A stretch of 64,000 nt of DNA from NCBI GenBank assembly GCA_964549075.1, contig CAZJUB010000006.1, positions 1 to 64,000 on the forward strand, given 5' to 3'. The notes beneath the pieces are model-generated. The model was not told the DNA's origin, did no database searches, and saw only the letters and a list, made by a program, of their open reading frames with translations. Shown here piece by piece: positions 10,100 through 19,289 of the stretch. The number at the start of each line of letters is the position of its first letter. Positions within the stretch are counted from its first letter, which is position 1. The position numbers and the translations under genes were made by a program. Origin of the DNA: an uncultured archaeon (GTDB lineage Archaea > Asgardarchaeota > Heimdallarchaeia > Heimdallarchaeales > Heimdallarchaeaceae).

Positions 10100-12613
10100 T
10101 TATTGTTCTTTAAGATAATAATCTGGAGAAGTCACATATCTCCTATCATCATCAGTTTCTCCAACTTCAATATCAGTATAGATATCTTCCATTATCTCCT
10201 CATTGCTTATGTCAGCTAAAATCTTCCTTTTATCCACAGAGATGATTCTACTCAATTCTATAGTTTTAGGATTGAATCTTCCTATAGTTTTATTCATCTC
10301 TTCTATGTTGTTGATTTTACCAATTAAATTCATGAAAGTCATAACAATATCTGGCCTTAAAGCAACTTGTGGAGCGATACTTAGTAATTTCCCTATTGAA
10401 ATTGCTAGATTATCAATGAAATTTTGATCATTTTCAAATAATGATGCTGGTCGGTCGTTAATGAAAGAAGCTATTAGTAATAAATCTATAGAAGTCCATA
10501 AATAAAGCATTGGTCTTTCTTTAAGCTGTAGATTATAAACCACACCAATTTCAGTACCTTTAACATTTTCAACTACTTTTCCTTCTAAATCAAAGATCTC
10601 ATTTAATTCAAAAGATGTTCCACCAAAACTGACTTGAATTGAGTTACCAACAAGCTTTACATTTCCTAGAGAATAAAGAATGAACTTGGAGTTTTCCACA
10701 TTATCGGGAAGTATTCCAGTATGTTTTTCTATTAAAATACGTTTTAGCATTTCAATATCCTGAATTTCCTCTTCACTTCGATTATATTCTTCTGATAATT
10801 CCTTAATGATTTTATCCCTCTTCTCAATTGGAGTAAGTATTGATCTAAACAAATGACCTGTTTCTTCATCTTGATGCAAAATGTCATAGATTTGTTTGTA
10901 TAGATTTAACGCAATTTGACTTTTTTCTACAACAAGGAAATAACCTTTCATTGGATGGTAAATAATAGAATGTGCCTTTCCTAACTTTTGATTGAAAATA
11001 TTTCGTACATTAATTTCCTCTTCCTCTGCTATTCTAGAACTGATTAAATTGCTTTCAGTTGGATTAAAGAAAGGGAGTAATTCTCCATTTTTGATTATTT
11101 TTTGACTGTCTACTTTTATCTCTCGTGCTGTTTTTTCAATATAAGTATTGGGAACAAACAGATAATTTTCAGTTTGAGTGATAACATCTTTCAATTCTTG
11201 ATTCAATGGCGATTCTATTCTTCTACAATATTCAATAGCAGCCTCAGGAACTATATAAGTAAAGGACATCTGAGGAATCGTTTTAGGTAGTTCATTCAGT
11301 AAAAACTCCTTCTTTTCTAATTCTGATTCAAGTTCTGCTTCTTTACCAGCTGGTGAAATAATATGATCAAATATACGTCTTATCATAGAAAGTGATATCT
11401 CTCTTTGCTGTTTTATGATAATTCCTGATTCATCATTGAATTGACCAGGTCCTACCACAAATCCTACTAAATCACTTTGTTCATCTACTACTGGTTTACC
11501 AGAATAACGCCAGAGAGCTCTTAACTCGGATAATAATTGATAATCAATATCTCTACTGGATGCACTGGTTGCAATAGATAATCTCTGTTTCAGCTGTTGA
11601 GAACTAATAACCTCACTATACTTTTGAATTCTGGTTTCAATGTTTAAAGTTAAATCCTTGAAATATGGTGTTGTTATCTCTTGAAACTTTAAGTGCTCAC
11701 CATAAATTTGATCCATTGCATCAAGATCTTTTGAATAATCATTTATATCATCGTCAAGAAGTTCTTCATAAATTTCTAATTGTCTTATTCTTCTATTAAT
11801 GTCGTCTTCTTGTGCGTCTGAGAGTCTTTCGTGATAGTTTTCTTTAAAAATTCTGAATTTTTCTCTTTCTTGTTGTATAATCACTTTCCATTTGAGAGTA
11901 TCTTGAGCAGCTTTTTTTAGAATAGGGCGGTGTCTAATGACTCTTTCATTTATGTCATAGATGATTCCCTTTAGCTCTTTTTTATCAGTAACCATTCTCC
12001 TCAGTCTATTGATGTTTTCACTAAGTTCATTATTGAAAAGTAGGAAATTATTGTGAGTGTTTTTGTATAAATGTTCTCGGTTGACAGAAAAAAGTAATTC
12101 TGATAACTTATAGAAGTGTTGAAATACTTTGTGTTGTTTTGCTTCAACTTCATTTTTCCTCTTCATATACTCTTGATCATCAATTTTGTTAATTACATAA
12201 TCTTGCTCTAGTTCCATTTCTTCTTCAAAAGTCCTTGTAGCAGCTTTGATAGCCATATACATAACATATCGTATTTTTAATTCTTCTATCTCAACAGGAG
12301 GAATTTCGTCTAATTCTATTTCGGGGAATTTAACGTCTAGTTTGATTTCTTCTGGTTTTGTTCTAACAATTTCTCCTCTTTCAATTTCCTGAATATCTGT
12401 TTCTGCTTCCGGTAAAATCTGTTGAGTATCCTCGATAGTAACTTCTTCTTGCGAAACTAGACCTGAAGGTAATCCAGATAGAATCTCTTTATATTTATTT
12501 TTAAGAGTTTGATAGGTTCTTCTATCTATAGAACCTCTAATATATCGTAAATCAAGATCCCTGATAAACCTAAGAATCCTTCTTTTCTTTAGAGTAATAT
12601 CATCGTCAGACAT
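10100..12613 (-). CDS. Large coiled-coil protein with CdvA-like helical motifs and three split PRC-barrel-like repeats
   Basis: N-terminal L..Y..G.I....Y motifs (aa ~20-41 and ~135-156). Three repeats begin YSGKPVVDEQSDLVGFV, INVRNIFNQKLGKA and LEGKVVENVKGTEIGVV. Confidence 0.6.
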   Translation of the reverse strand: MSDDDITLKKRRILRFIRDLDLRYIRGSIDRRTYQTLKNKYKEILSGLPSGLVSQEEVTIEDTQQILPEAETDIQEIERGEIVRTKPEEIKLDVKFPEIELDEIPPVEIEELKIRYVMYMAIKAATRTFEEEMELEQDYVINKIDDQEYMKRKNEVEAKQHKVFQHFYKLSELLFSVNREHLYKNTHNNFLLFNNELSENINRLRRMVTDKKELKGIIYDINERVIRHRPILKKAAQDTLKWKVIIQQEREKFRIFKENYHERLSDAQEDDINRRIRQLEIYEELLDDDINDYSKDLDAMDQIYGEHLKFQEITTPYFKDLTLNIETRIQKYSEVISSQQLKQRLSIATSASSRDIDYQLLSELRALWRYSGKPVVDEQSDLVGFVVGPGQFNDESGIIIKQQREISLSMIRRIFDHIISPAGKEAELESELEKKEFLLNELPKTIPQMSFTYIVPEAAIEYCRRIESPLNQELKDVITQTENYLFVPNTYIEKTAREIKVDSQKIIKNGELLPFFNPTESNLISSRIAEEEEINVRNIFNQKLGKAHSIIYHPMKGYFLVVEKSQIALNLYKQIYDILHQDEETGHLFRSILTPIEKRDKIIKELSEEYNRSEEEIQDIEMLKRILIEKHTGILPDNVENSKFILYSLGNVKLVGNSIQVSFGGTSFELNEIFDLEGKVVENVKGTEIGVVYNLQLKERPMLYLWTSIDLLLIASFINDRPASLFENDQNFIDNLAISIGKLLSIAPQVALRPDIVMTFMNLIGKINNIEEMNKTIGRFNPKTIELSRIISVDKRKILADISNEEIMEDIYTDIEVGETDDDRRYVTSPDYYLKEQ

Positions 12614-12698
12614 TATTAAAGTAAAATATACGTTTCATATTCAAATATGTTACTAAAATATCAATCTATAATTTCTTGGTAAAAAGCGATACCCATAA

Positions 12699-12714
12699 GA
12701 AAAAATATATATTT
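12699..12714 (+). promoter_or_regulatory. BRE-TATA promoter upstream of profilin
   Basis: gaaaaaaTATATATT; GGTGA RBS at 12741-12745 before ATG 12752. Confidence 0.5.
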
Positions 12715-12751
12715 AATGTGTTACAAGAAAAAATAGTAACGGTGATTATTA

Positions 12752-13111
12752 ATGAGTTTTCAAGATGAGGTACAAGTGCTCGCTAATGAAGGTACAGTTG
12801 GTGTTGTTTGGCTTTTAGGTGACGATTTGAAATGTTATTATCAATATGGTGACTGGGCTGTTGATCCCACTATCCCATTTAATGCGTGGAAGAATCAAAC
12901 TCCTTCGGTAGATTTTGGTGGTGGATTGAAGTTTACTGTAATCGCGATGACACCTGAGAGATTGATTTCTAGTAATCTTGGAGGTCAAGGACACCTCATA
13001 GTAGCTCGTTGTCCAAAATGGGCAGGTTGTGTAATAACCTGGTCTCCTTCAAATGTTCAAAAAGATTATGCGTATGCATGTGCAGCAAAACTAGCAGCTA
13101 GAGTAGGCTAA
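12752..13111 (+). CDS. Asgard profilin (actin-monomer-binding protein)
   Basis: 119 aa. YQ...W.VD, PSV..GG.KF.VI...PERLI..N.GGQGHLI match the pattern I recall for Odin/Loki-type profilins. Confidence 0.85.
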   Translation: MSFQDEVQVLANEGTVGVVWLLGDDLKCYYQYGDWAVDPTIPFNAWKNQTPSVDFGGGLKFTVIAMTPERLISSNLGGQGHLIVARCPKWAGCVITWSPSNVQKDYAYACAAKLAARVG

Positions 13112-13126
13112 TATTCTGGTGATTTT

Positions 13127-13417
13127 TTGTCTTTCCACCTTTCTATTGAAGAAAAAGGGGAAGATGTTTTTATTACAATTAAAGCACATCCCAATTCTTC
13201 AAAGAAAGAAGTAAAACTCTCTGATTTTGATATTGATGTCTATGTTCATGAGCCTACAGATAAAGGAAAAGCTAACAAAGCAATTATTAAATTACTTTCT
13301 AAAACGCTTGATCTTCCTTCTTCCTCTATAAGTATAGTAAAGGGTATTAAATCTCAAACAAAAATTATACTTCTAAAAGGTATTAAAACCTCCTTAATAT
13401 TTGAAAAATTGGGTTGA
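13127..13417 (+). CDS. DUF167/YggU (UPF0235) family protein
   Basis: I.AHPNS, EP.DKGKAN.AII.LLS, I.IVKG.KS.TK; GGTGA RBS 4 nt before TTG. Confidence 0.9.
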   Translation: MSFHLSIEEKGEDVFITIKAHPNSSKKEVKLSDFDIDVYVHEPTDKGKANKAIIKLLSKTLDLPSSSISIVKGIKSQTKIILLKGIKTSLIFEKLG

Positions 13418-13418
13418 A

Positions 13419-13985
13419 TCAGAGTTTCATTTTTTCAAAAGCTCTGATCAATTCATTTCTTTCTGTGAATTTTTGGTGTAAACTCGCACTTAGATTCATA
13501 AGGTGTGCAATACTTGTTTCAACCGTATCGAGCATCATTTCTTCTAAATTAACTTTTATTTCTGTTATTTTGTCTTTGAATTCTTCTGAATTATCCAATA
13601 TATCGATTTCTAATAGATACAAAATAGAAAGATCTATACCATGTTCTCCTTCAACATCGTCTACGTCGAAAAAAGTACTGTATTTGTAGTCAGTATTTTT
13701 AGCTTCTTTTCTCAGATCACTAATTGTTTTCGAAACAATCCCAGCTGGTCCCCAACTAGTCAGGAGTTGTGAATGTATTAGTAATTCCTGAACTTGACTC
13801 ATCATGTCACTTGTTTCTCTTAGAATATTAACTAACTTGGTTCTAAAGGCTTTATCTGTGTTCTTTCTATATTCTAGAGCTTTATAGCCTAAGTATCCTT
13901 CAATATTTGCTCTGAGAATTTTCAAAGCCTCACTTGGAGCTTCCGATAAAGCTGCATTTGATACATCTTTCTTTTTACCAAACAT
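13419..13985 (-). CDS. Conserved hypothetical alpha-helical protein
   Basis: I.GY.GY...E.R...DK..R motif and helical amphipathic pattern; GGTGA RBS upstream. Confidence 0.6.
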   Translation of the reverse strand: MFGKKKDVSNAALSEAPSEALKILRANIEGYLGYKALEYRKNTDKAFRTKLVNILRETSDMMSQVQELLIHSQLLTSWGPAGIVSKTISDLRKEAKNTDYKYSTFFDVDDVEGEHGIDLSILYLLEIDILDNSEEFKDKITEIKVNLEEMMLDTVETSIAHLMNLSASLHQKFTERNELIRAFEKMKL

Positions 13986-14007
13986 TTGTATTCACCTTTA
14001 TTTTATC

Positions 14008-15780
14008 TTATTGATTTAAATATATTGTGCGTATTTCTTCATTTGAAGTTGCTTGTTCAGGAGGTCTGTCCTCAACTATTCTTCCCGTAAATCTTGGAAA
14101 TCGAAGTGCTAAACCTTCGTTTTCATTTTCAAAGTAACCTCTAGAGCAGGTGTGCATTTGACTTCTAGTTATTTCTGCTCCACTAACCTCTATCACAATT
14201 TTAGGGTCAAACCAGACACTACATTCAATTTTGCTTTCCACTTCTTTTGGTTTATCTCTTTCTAGCGGTTTTAGGATCTTAAGAAAGTATGCAAGGTCTT
14301 CATCAGAAAAACCTGTTGCTACTCTTGTAAAAGTTTGGAAAACATTATCTTCTACATTAAAGCATCCTAATAAGAAAGTACCATATTTTCCGGCTCTTTT
14401 TCCCTTCCCATAGTCAGCACCAAGGATAACTAAATCAAAAGAGTCTGATAACTTATCTACATAATCAGCTTTATATTTTACCCAATTCCAACCTCGATTT
14501 CCTGCTTGATAAACTGAATTATCAGCTATACTTTTACCCATTACTCCTTCACAGCTGTTTTCTAAAGCTTGATGAAAGAAACTATCAATTTCATCTGTGT
14601 TTTCAGCTATTCTTTGATGAGAGAATTTTATATTTTCAGTTTCTTTAATAATTTTATGCAAAACCTCTCTACGTTTAAGATATCCTTCATCAAGAACTGC
14701 TTTATTTTGAGCATAAAGTGCATCAAAAAGGTAAACTCGTACTGGCACTTCTGTAATTTTTTGTTCAATATCATGTTTTCTCTTTCTTTGTGATACCTGT
14801 TGAAACGGTAGAATGCGGTCATTTGTTAGATCATAAGCAACAATCTCACCTTCAATGATAAAATTCTCTTCTTCTGAAGCTGCCTTTATGAACTCAATAA
14901 CGTCTGGAAATTGATCTGTTATGTCCTCCGGTCTCCTAGAAAATAATCTTAATTTATCTCCTTGTTTGTGGATTTGAACTCTTAGTCCATCATACTTGTA
15001 TTCTAAGGAAACTTTTCCATCAAATTTTTCAAGTAATTCATTTGCACTTGATACTCTTTGTGCTAACATGACTTTTATAGGATTCATTACCTTGACATCT
15101 ATCTCTCTGACAGCTTGAACTCCTTCTCTATACAATAATTCTGAAATTGTACCTATATCGGATGTGAGATTATATGCCCTCTCCAAGATACTTTTATTTT
15201 CTCTAGTTCCAGTTTTAGCTTTGGAAAGAGCTTCAAGAAGTAATTGAACTGCAACACCTAAACGTAGTTGACTGACAACCATTCTTATAATATATCTAGC
15301 TTCAAGCGGATTAACTTTGGATATTAATCCTGATAAGATTCTAATTTTCTTATCTGTCGAACCTTCCCCCGTAGTTTGAGCAATAGAATCTAATTTATTC
15401 CAAACATCTAGAATGGTATATTCATTAGTTTCTTTTTGTACTGTGAAAGAAAGAAGTGTTGATTGTGTTTTTCTTTCTAAAAGTGTTTGAGCAGTTTTAC
15501 CTAAATCTCCCACTTCATCTAGCAGATCTGTCACACTTTTCTCATTTTTACCGGTTGAAATAGCTAAAGCTTTTATTGCCATTTTCTCAGCTAACATGAG
15601 TTCGATCCCCACAAAATCAGGGTAGATTTTTCCTAAAGTTAATAATGCTATTTTACCTATTTCCTTCTCTGAAGCTTTAGAGAGAGTATCAGCTAAAATG
15701 TCAACCATTTCCAATTTTTTTTGTGTATCTTCCAATTTAGAATAGCAGTCACTAAGTTCTCTGAATTTCAAGTTTATCAA
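14008..15780 (-). CDS. lig: ATP-dependent DNA ligase
   Basis: EYKYDGLRVQIH adenylation motif, EGE, FD, EGVM.K, W.KYK and LRFPRF motifs. Confidence 0.97.
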   Translation of the reverse strand: MINLKFRELSDCYSKLEDTQKKLEMVDILADTLSKASEKEIGKIALLTLGKIYPDFVGIELMLAEKMAIKALAISTGKNEKSVTDLLDEVGDLGKTAQTLLERKTQSTLLSFTVQKETNEYTILDVWNKLDSIAQTTGEGSTDKKIRILSGLISKVNPLEARYIIRMVVSQLRLGVAVQLLLEALSKAKTGTRENKSILERAYNLTSDIGTISELLYREGVQAVREIDVKVMNPIKVMLAQRVSSANELLEKFDGKVSLEYKYDGLRVQIHKQGDKLRLFSRRPEDITDQFPDVIEFIKAASEEENFIIEGEIVAYDLTNDRILPFQQVSQRKRKHDIEQKITEVPVRVYLFDALYAQNKAVLDEGYLKRREVLHKIIKETENIKFSHQRIAENTDEIDSFFHQALENSCEGVMGKSIADNSVYQAGNRGWNWVKYKADYVDKLSDSFDLVILGADYGKGKRAGKYGTFLLGCFNVEDNVFQTFTRVATGFSDEDLAYFLKILKPLERDKPKEVESKIECSVWFDPKIVIEVSGAEITRSQMHTCSRGYFENENEGLALRFPRFTGRIVEDRPPEQATSNEEIRTIYLNQ

Positions 15781-15783
15781 GCC

Positions 15784-17193
15784 TTAGAAGATTTTTCTTT
15801 TTCCCTTTGATTCTTTTATTTCTAAAACAATTTCACTTATTAAATGTATAAGATTTGCACTTAAAACGTCGACACTATTTTTTAGTTCTCTAATTGCTTG
15901 AATAAGATCTCCCATCATTTGTGATTGTACTGCTGAATTTACACTTGGTTCTACTTTCAAATTTTCCAATCTTTGGTCAAAAATCATAAGATCTTTTTCG
16001 AATTGATCCATTTCTGGGGTTCTAGGTTCAGGAATAGAAGAAATATCAGCTTTTGAACGTTTCCTCTCCTCTCTCCTTTGTGCTTCCCTATCAGATTTTT
16101 CTTTCATTTTTTCTATGTATGGCAGAACTTCGGAGTAATCAATACCTTCTCTCCTTGCCATATCTGTAAGTAGAATATCTCTATATCCTCGATCTTCAAT
16201 TTTTAAAGTATCAATTTCCTTTTCTAGCTCTTGAATAATTGATATTGCTTCATAGATGTCATTTTTAGACATTTTTGGTTCAACCTCTTTAGATTCTGTA
16301 CGTGTAGATTTTACTTCATCTCTCAAAGTTTTCATAGCTTTCATAACTTCAGTTTTTACTTGATCAGTTTCTCCTTTTGATAAAGCTTCTTTGACCATAT
16401 CAATTTTACTTACAGACTCGTAAGGTTCTTTTTCTTGAGCCTTCTCAAATTCAGTAATTTCTTCCTCAAATTCTGTTTCTTCTTCTTCCTCCTCTTCTTC
16501 TCTAAGAGATTCTTCTTCACCTAATGATATAGGAGGTGTACCAACATGAGTAAAGATGTTTTTTGCAAATTTGGCATTATCCTTTAAATCTAATCCTGCT
16601 TTTCTATCAGAAAGCATTAGATAAGAACCACAAACAAAAACTGTTCCCAAACCATAAGAAGTAATTGCAGCTATAGCACTACTTGGTGGATCACTAGAAT
16701 TACTCGTTCTAGCTAGTTCTGAATCTCCTTCGTCAAGCTGTAAAGAACAACTTGAAACAATAACTATTTCTTTCAAACCATCTGTTATTGGATGTTCTTC
16801 GAATTTTGAGATTACAACATTACTCTCTAATCCTAGTTCAAAATTTTCATAATCGAATATTTGGTTCGAAACAATAGACATATTGAAGTGTTTTAATAAT
16901 GTATTCAGATTTGTACTTAAACCATTATCCCCTCCTGCATTAGCAAATATGGCTAAAGCACCTCCTTCATCAACAAATCTGAGTAGAGCTTTTACCTCAT
17001 GTCCATATAATTTGCTTGAATCTGGACAGAGAAGTACAACTATGTCATAATCTGTTATACTGGTATATTTTATCGGGTATGAATCATATCTTGATATTTC
17101 ATGACCTTGATTCTCTAAAAGCTCACTTAACTTCTGAAAATTCTCATGTATTTTTCCTCTTTCTTTCTGGGTTTCGTCAAATAAAATCCTCAT
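15784..17193 (-). CDS. GIFT (GldG/IFT52-like) domain protein with acidic linker and C-terminal coiled coil
   Basis: ILFDETQKE...EVKALLRFVDEGG...GGD....NLN.LL..F, HPIT.GL, YG.G.V...GS; no signal peptide; Glu-rich linker. Confidence 0.7.
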   Translation of the reverse strand: MRILFDETQKERGKIHENFQKLSELLENQGHEISRYDSYPIKYTSITDYDIVVLLCPDSSKLYGHEVKALLRFVDEGGALAIFANAGGDNGLSTNLNTLLKHFNMSIVSNQIFDYENFELGLESNVVISKFEEHPITDGLKEIVIVSSCSLQLDEGDSELARTSNSSDPPSSAIAAITSYGLGTVFVCGSYLMLSDRKAGLDLKDNAKFAKNIFTHVGTPPISLGEEESLREEEEEEEETEFEEEITEFEKAQEKEPYESVSKIDMVKEALSKGETDQVKTEVMKAMKTLRDEVKSTRTESKEVEPKMSKNDIYEAISIIQELEKEIDTLKIEDRGYRDILLTDMARREGIDYSEVLPYIEKMKEKSDREAQRREERKRSKADISSIPEPRTPEMDQFEKDLMIFDQRLENLKVEPSVNSAVQSQMMGDLIQAIRELKNSVDVLSANLIHLISEIVLEIKESKGKRKIF

Positions 17194-17384
17194 ATAGACA
17201 CCCTTATTCTTGCAGAAATATTTCCTTATTTATATAGACAAATTATTTCTATACGTTATTAATCTTATTGATACTATTACTGAATTATACGGATTTTTAA
17301 ACTAAAAGAACTCAATAACTAAAAATAAATAATTGCAGTAAAGCATAAAAACATCTATGTTATTGTGTGTTATCCGGTGATTGA

Positions 17385-18242
17385 ATGTCAAAATTAGACT
17401 TTGATAAGTTAACAGAACTAGCTTCTTCTCGATTAGATATAATTGTTCTCCATTCACAAAAGGGCGGTCCTGGTAAAACAACCTTATCTTGCAACATAGC
17501 CCACGAATTAGCAAGAAGAGGAAATAAGACTGTTCTAGTAGATCTTGACATTGCTCAACCTACAATACAACATATCTTTAGAATAGCAGATAAGAAAATC
17601 AAAAAGACTATTAATGATATCCTTTTAGGGGAGGCAAAAGTAACAGAAGAAGCTTTGATTGAAACAGAAGATCCTAATCTATTTTTGATAGTTGCTAAGG
17701 AGAATGTTGAGTACGGTGAAGGTTTACTGTCTTTACTAGAAGGGATTCAGAAACACTCCTTTTTTGTTATGCACGAAATGACTAGATTCCTTCTAAAAAT
17801 GGGTTTCAAATACGTGGTTTATGATTGTGCTCCAGGTTATAGAATGGAATCAGTAAATGCTGCTGCAATCGCTGATGCAAGATTATTTGTGATTAGACCT
17901 TCAACTTTCAGCTATGAAGGAGCGAAACAAATGCTCACTGATATCTACAAGAAACTTGATATTACGTCTCTTAATTTCTTTTTATTTAATCAAGTTCCAC
18001 CTGAATTAAGTGAAAAAAATCAGAAATTGCTCAACAGCTGGAAAGATGAGCTAATAAAATTATATCTCCCTTACAAGATCTCATTTCTGGATTTTCTTCC
18101 AGTTTCTTTCGAAATCATGGAACTAGGGATAAATGGTGAATATATGTTTCCTACTGATACTATATTATACAATAAATTATCTAAAATTGTAGATGAAATC
18201 ACTTTGAAAATAGACAAAATGAAAGAAGCTAAAAATGAATAG
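17385..18242 (+). CDS. MinD/ParA family ATPase
   Basis: Deviant Walker A KGGPGKTT, VDLD, YDCAPG, FNQV; GGTGA RBS. Confidence 0.9.
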   Translation: MSKLDFDKLTELASSRLDIIVLHSQKGGPGKTTLSCNIAHELARRGNKTVLVDLDIAQPTIQHIFRIADKKIKKTINDILLGEAKVTEEALIETEDPNLFLIVAKENVEYGEGLLSLLEGIQKHSFFVMHEMTRFLLKMGFKYVVYDCAPGYRMESVNAAAIADARLFVIRPSTFSYEGAKQMLTDIYKKLDITSLNFFLFNQVPPELSEKNQKLLNSWKDELIKLYLPYKISFLDFLPVSFEIMELGINGEYMFPTDTILYNKLSKIVDEITLKIDKMKEAKNE

Positions 18243-18301
18243 ACAAAAAAATACGAAAATTATATCAAATCTTATATTAGCTAACGTATACAGTTTTCTT
18301 A

Positions 18302-19288
18302 ATGAGCCTAGTTAAAGAGTATCAATGTCCTCATTGTAATGCTCCTTTGGACATCAACCCAGAAGATGCAATCTTCAATTGTGAATCTTGTGGTCAAGCT
18401 ATTCTAGCAGATGGTTCTGAATTTGATGATCATTATATTCTTAGAAACACCTTGAATAGAACACAGATACATGATATCGTTAAGGGTTTTATTAAGAAAA
18501 AAGGTTTTATGAGGGGAATTCGTGGTTACAAAATAACAAATATAACTCCTACATTAATGCCTTTTTGGGTAGTTACTTCTGATGCATATACTCACTACGT
18601 GGGATATCTCAGATATACTGAAACAAAAACAAGAACCGTAGGTTCTGGAAAAAACACAAGAACAGTGACTGAACATGTGACTGTATACCGTCCAATAGAT
18701 CAAGAGATAAGAGAAAAAAGAGCAGATGTTCTTTTAGGAAGAAGAGGTAGTTCAATCTATGGCTACAATCAAGTTAAAAACATCGTTCGCTCTGAATTCT
18801 CAAACGCTGTTCCTTTTAATCATGATCAATTGGTTGCAACTGATAAAGAATTCGAATATTTATCCTCTGAAATAACTCTAGATGCTGCAAATCAACTTGG
18901 GAAAACAGTTGTTTTTGATGATCATAGGTCAAGAGCTGAACGTGCATGCACTAAGGTTTTTGATTGCGCGACTCAAATAACTTTTTCAGGAACATACTTC
19001 TTGCATGCACCTGTTTGGCAGGTTGAATATGAGTTTAAAGATGAAACTTATCGTATGGCTATTTTAGGAAGTAGTGGTAGAATAATAATAGGTGAAATCC
19101 CAGTTACAACAACTTACCGAATGATATTTTTAACTTTAACATTCTTAACCTTAGGTGTAGCTGGAGTGGTAAGTTATTTCTTTGGTCAAACTGAAGTATA
19201 TGTTCCGATTATAGCTGGAGTAGTTGCTGCTGTTATAGGGTTCTTTACGCTTAAGAATACCTTTAAACCAAAGTCGGTGGTGGATTAA
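18302..19288 (+). CDS. Zn-ribbon membrane protein (2 C-terminal TM), paralog 1
   Basis: CPHC...CESC, LMPFW, HAPVW..Y....Y...I.G.SG....GEIP, two terminal TM helices. Confidence 0.75.
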   Translation: MSLVKEYQCPHCNAPLDINPEDAIFNCESCGQAILADGSEFDDHYILRNTLNRTQIHDIVKGFIKKKGFMRGIRGYKITNITPTLMPFWVVTSDAYTHYVGYLRYTETKTRTVGSGKNTRTVTEHVTVYRPIDQEIREKRADVLLGRRGSSIYGYNQVKNIVRSEFSNAVPFNHDQLVATDKEFEYLSSEITLDAANQLGKTVVFDDHRSRAERACTKVFDCATQITFSGTYFLHAPVWQVEYEFKDETYRMAILGSSGRIIIGEIPVTTTYRMIFLTLTFLTLGVAGVVSYFFGQTEVYVPIIAGVVAAVIGFFTLKNTFKPKSVVD

Positions 19289-19289
19289 G

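Noticed and set aside
17194-17384. Possible replication origin or ncRNA next to the MinD/ParA gene
   Set aside because: AT-rich divergent promoter region with no ORB-like G-string repeats and no cdc6 gene nearby.
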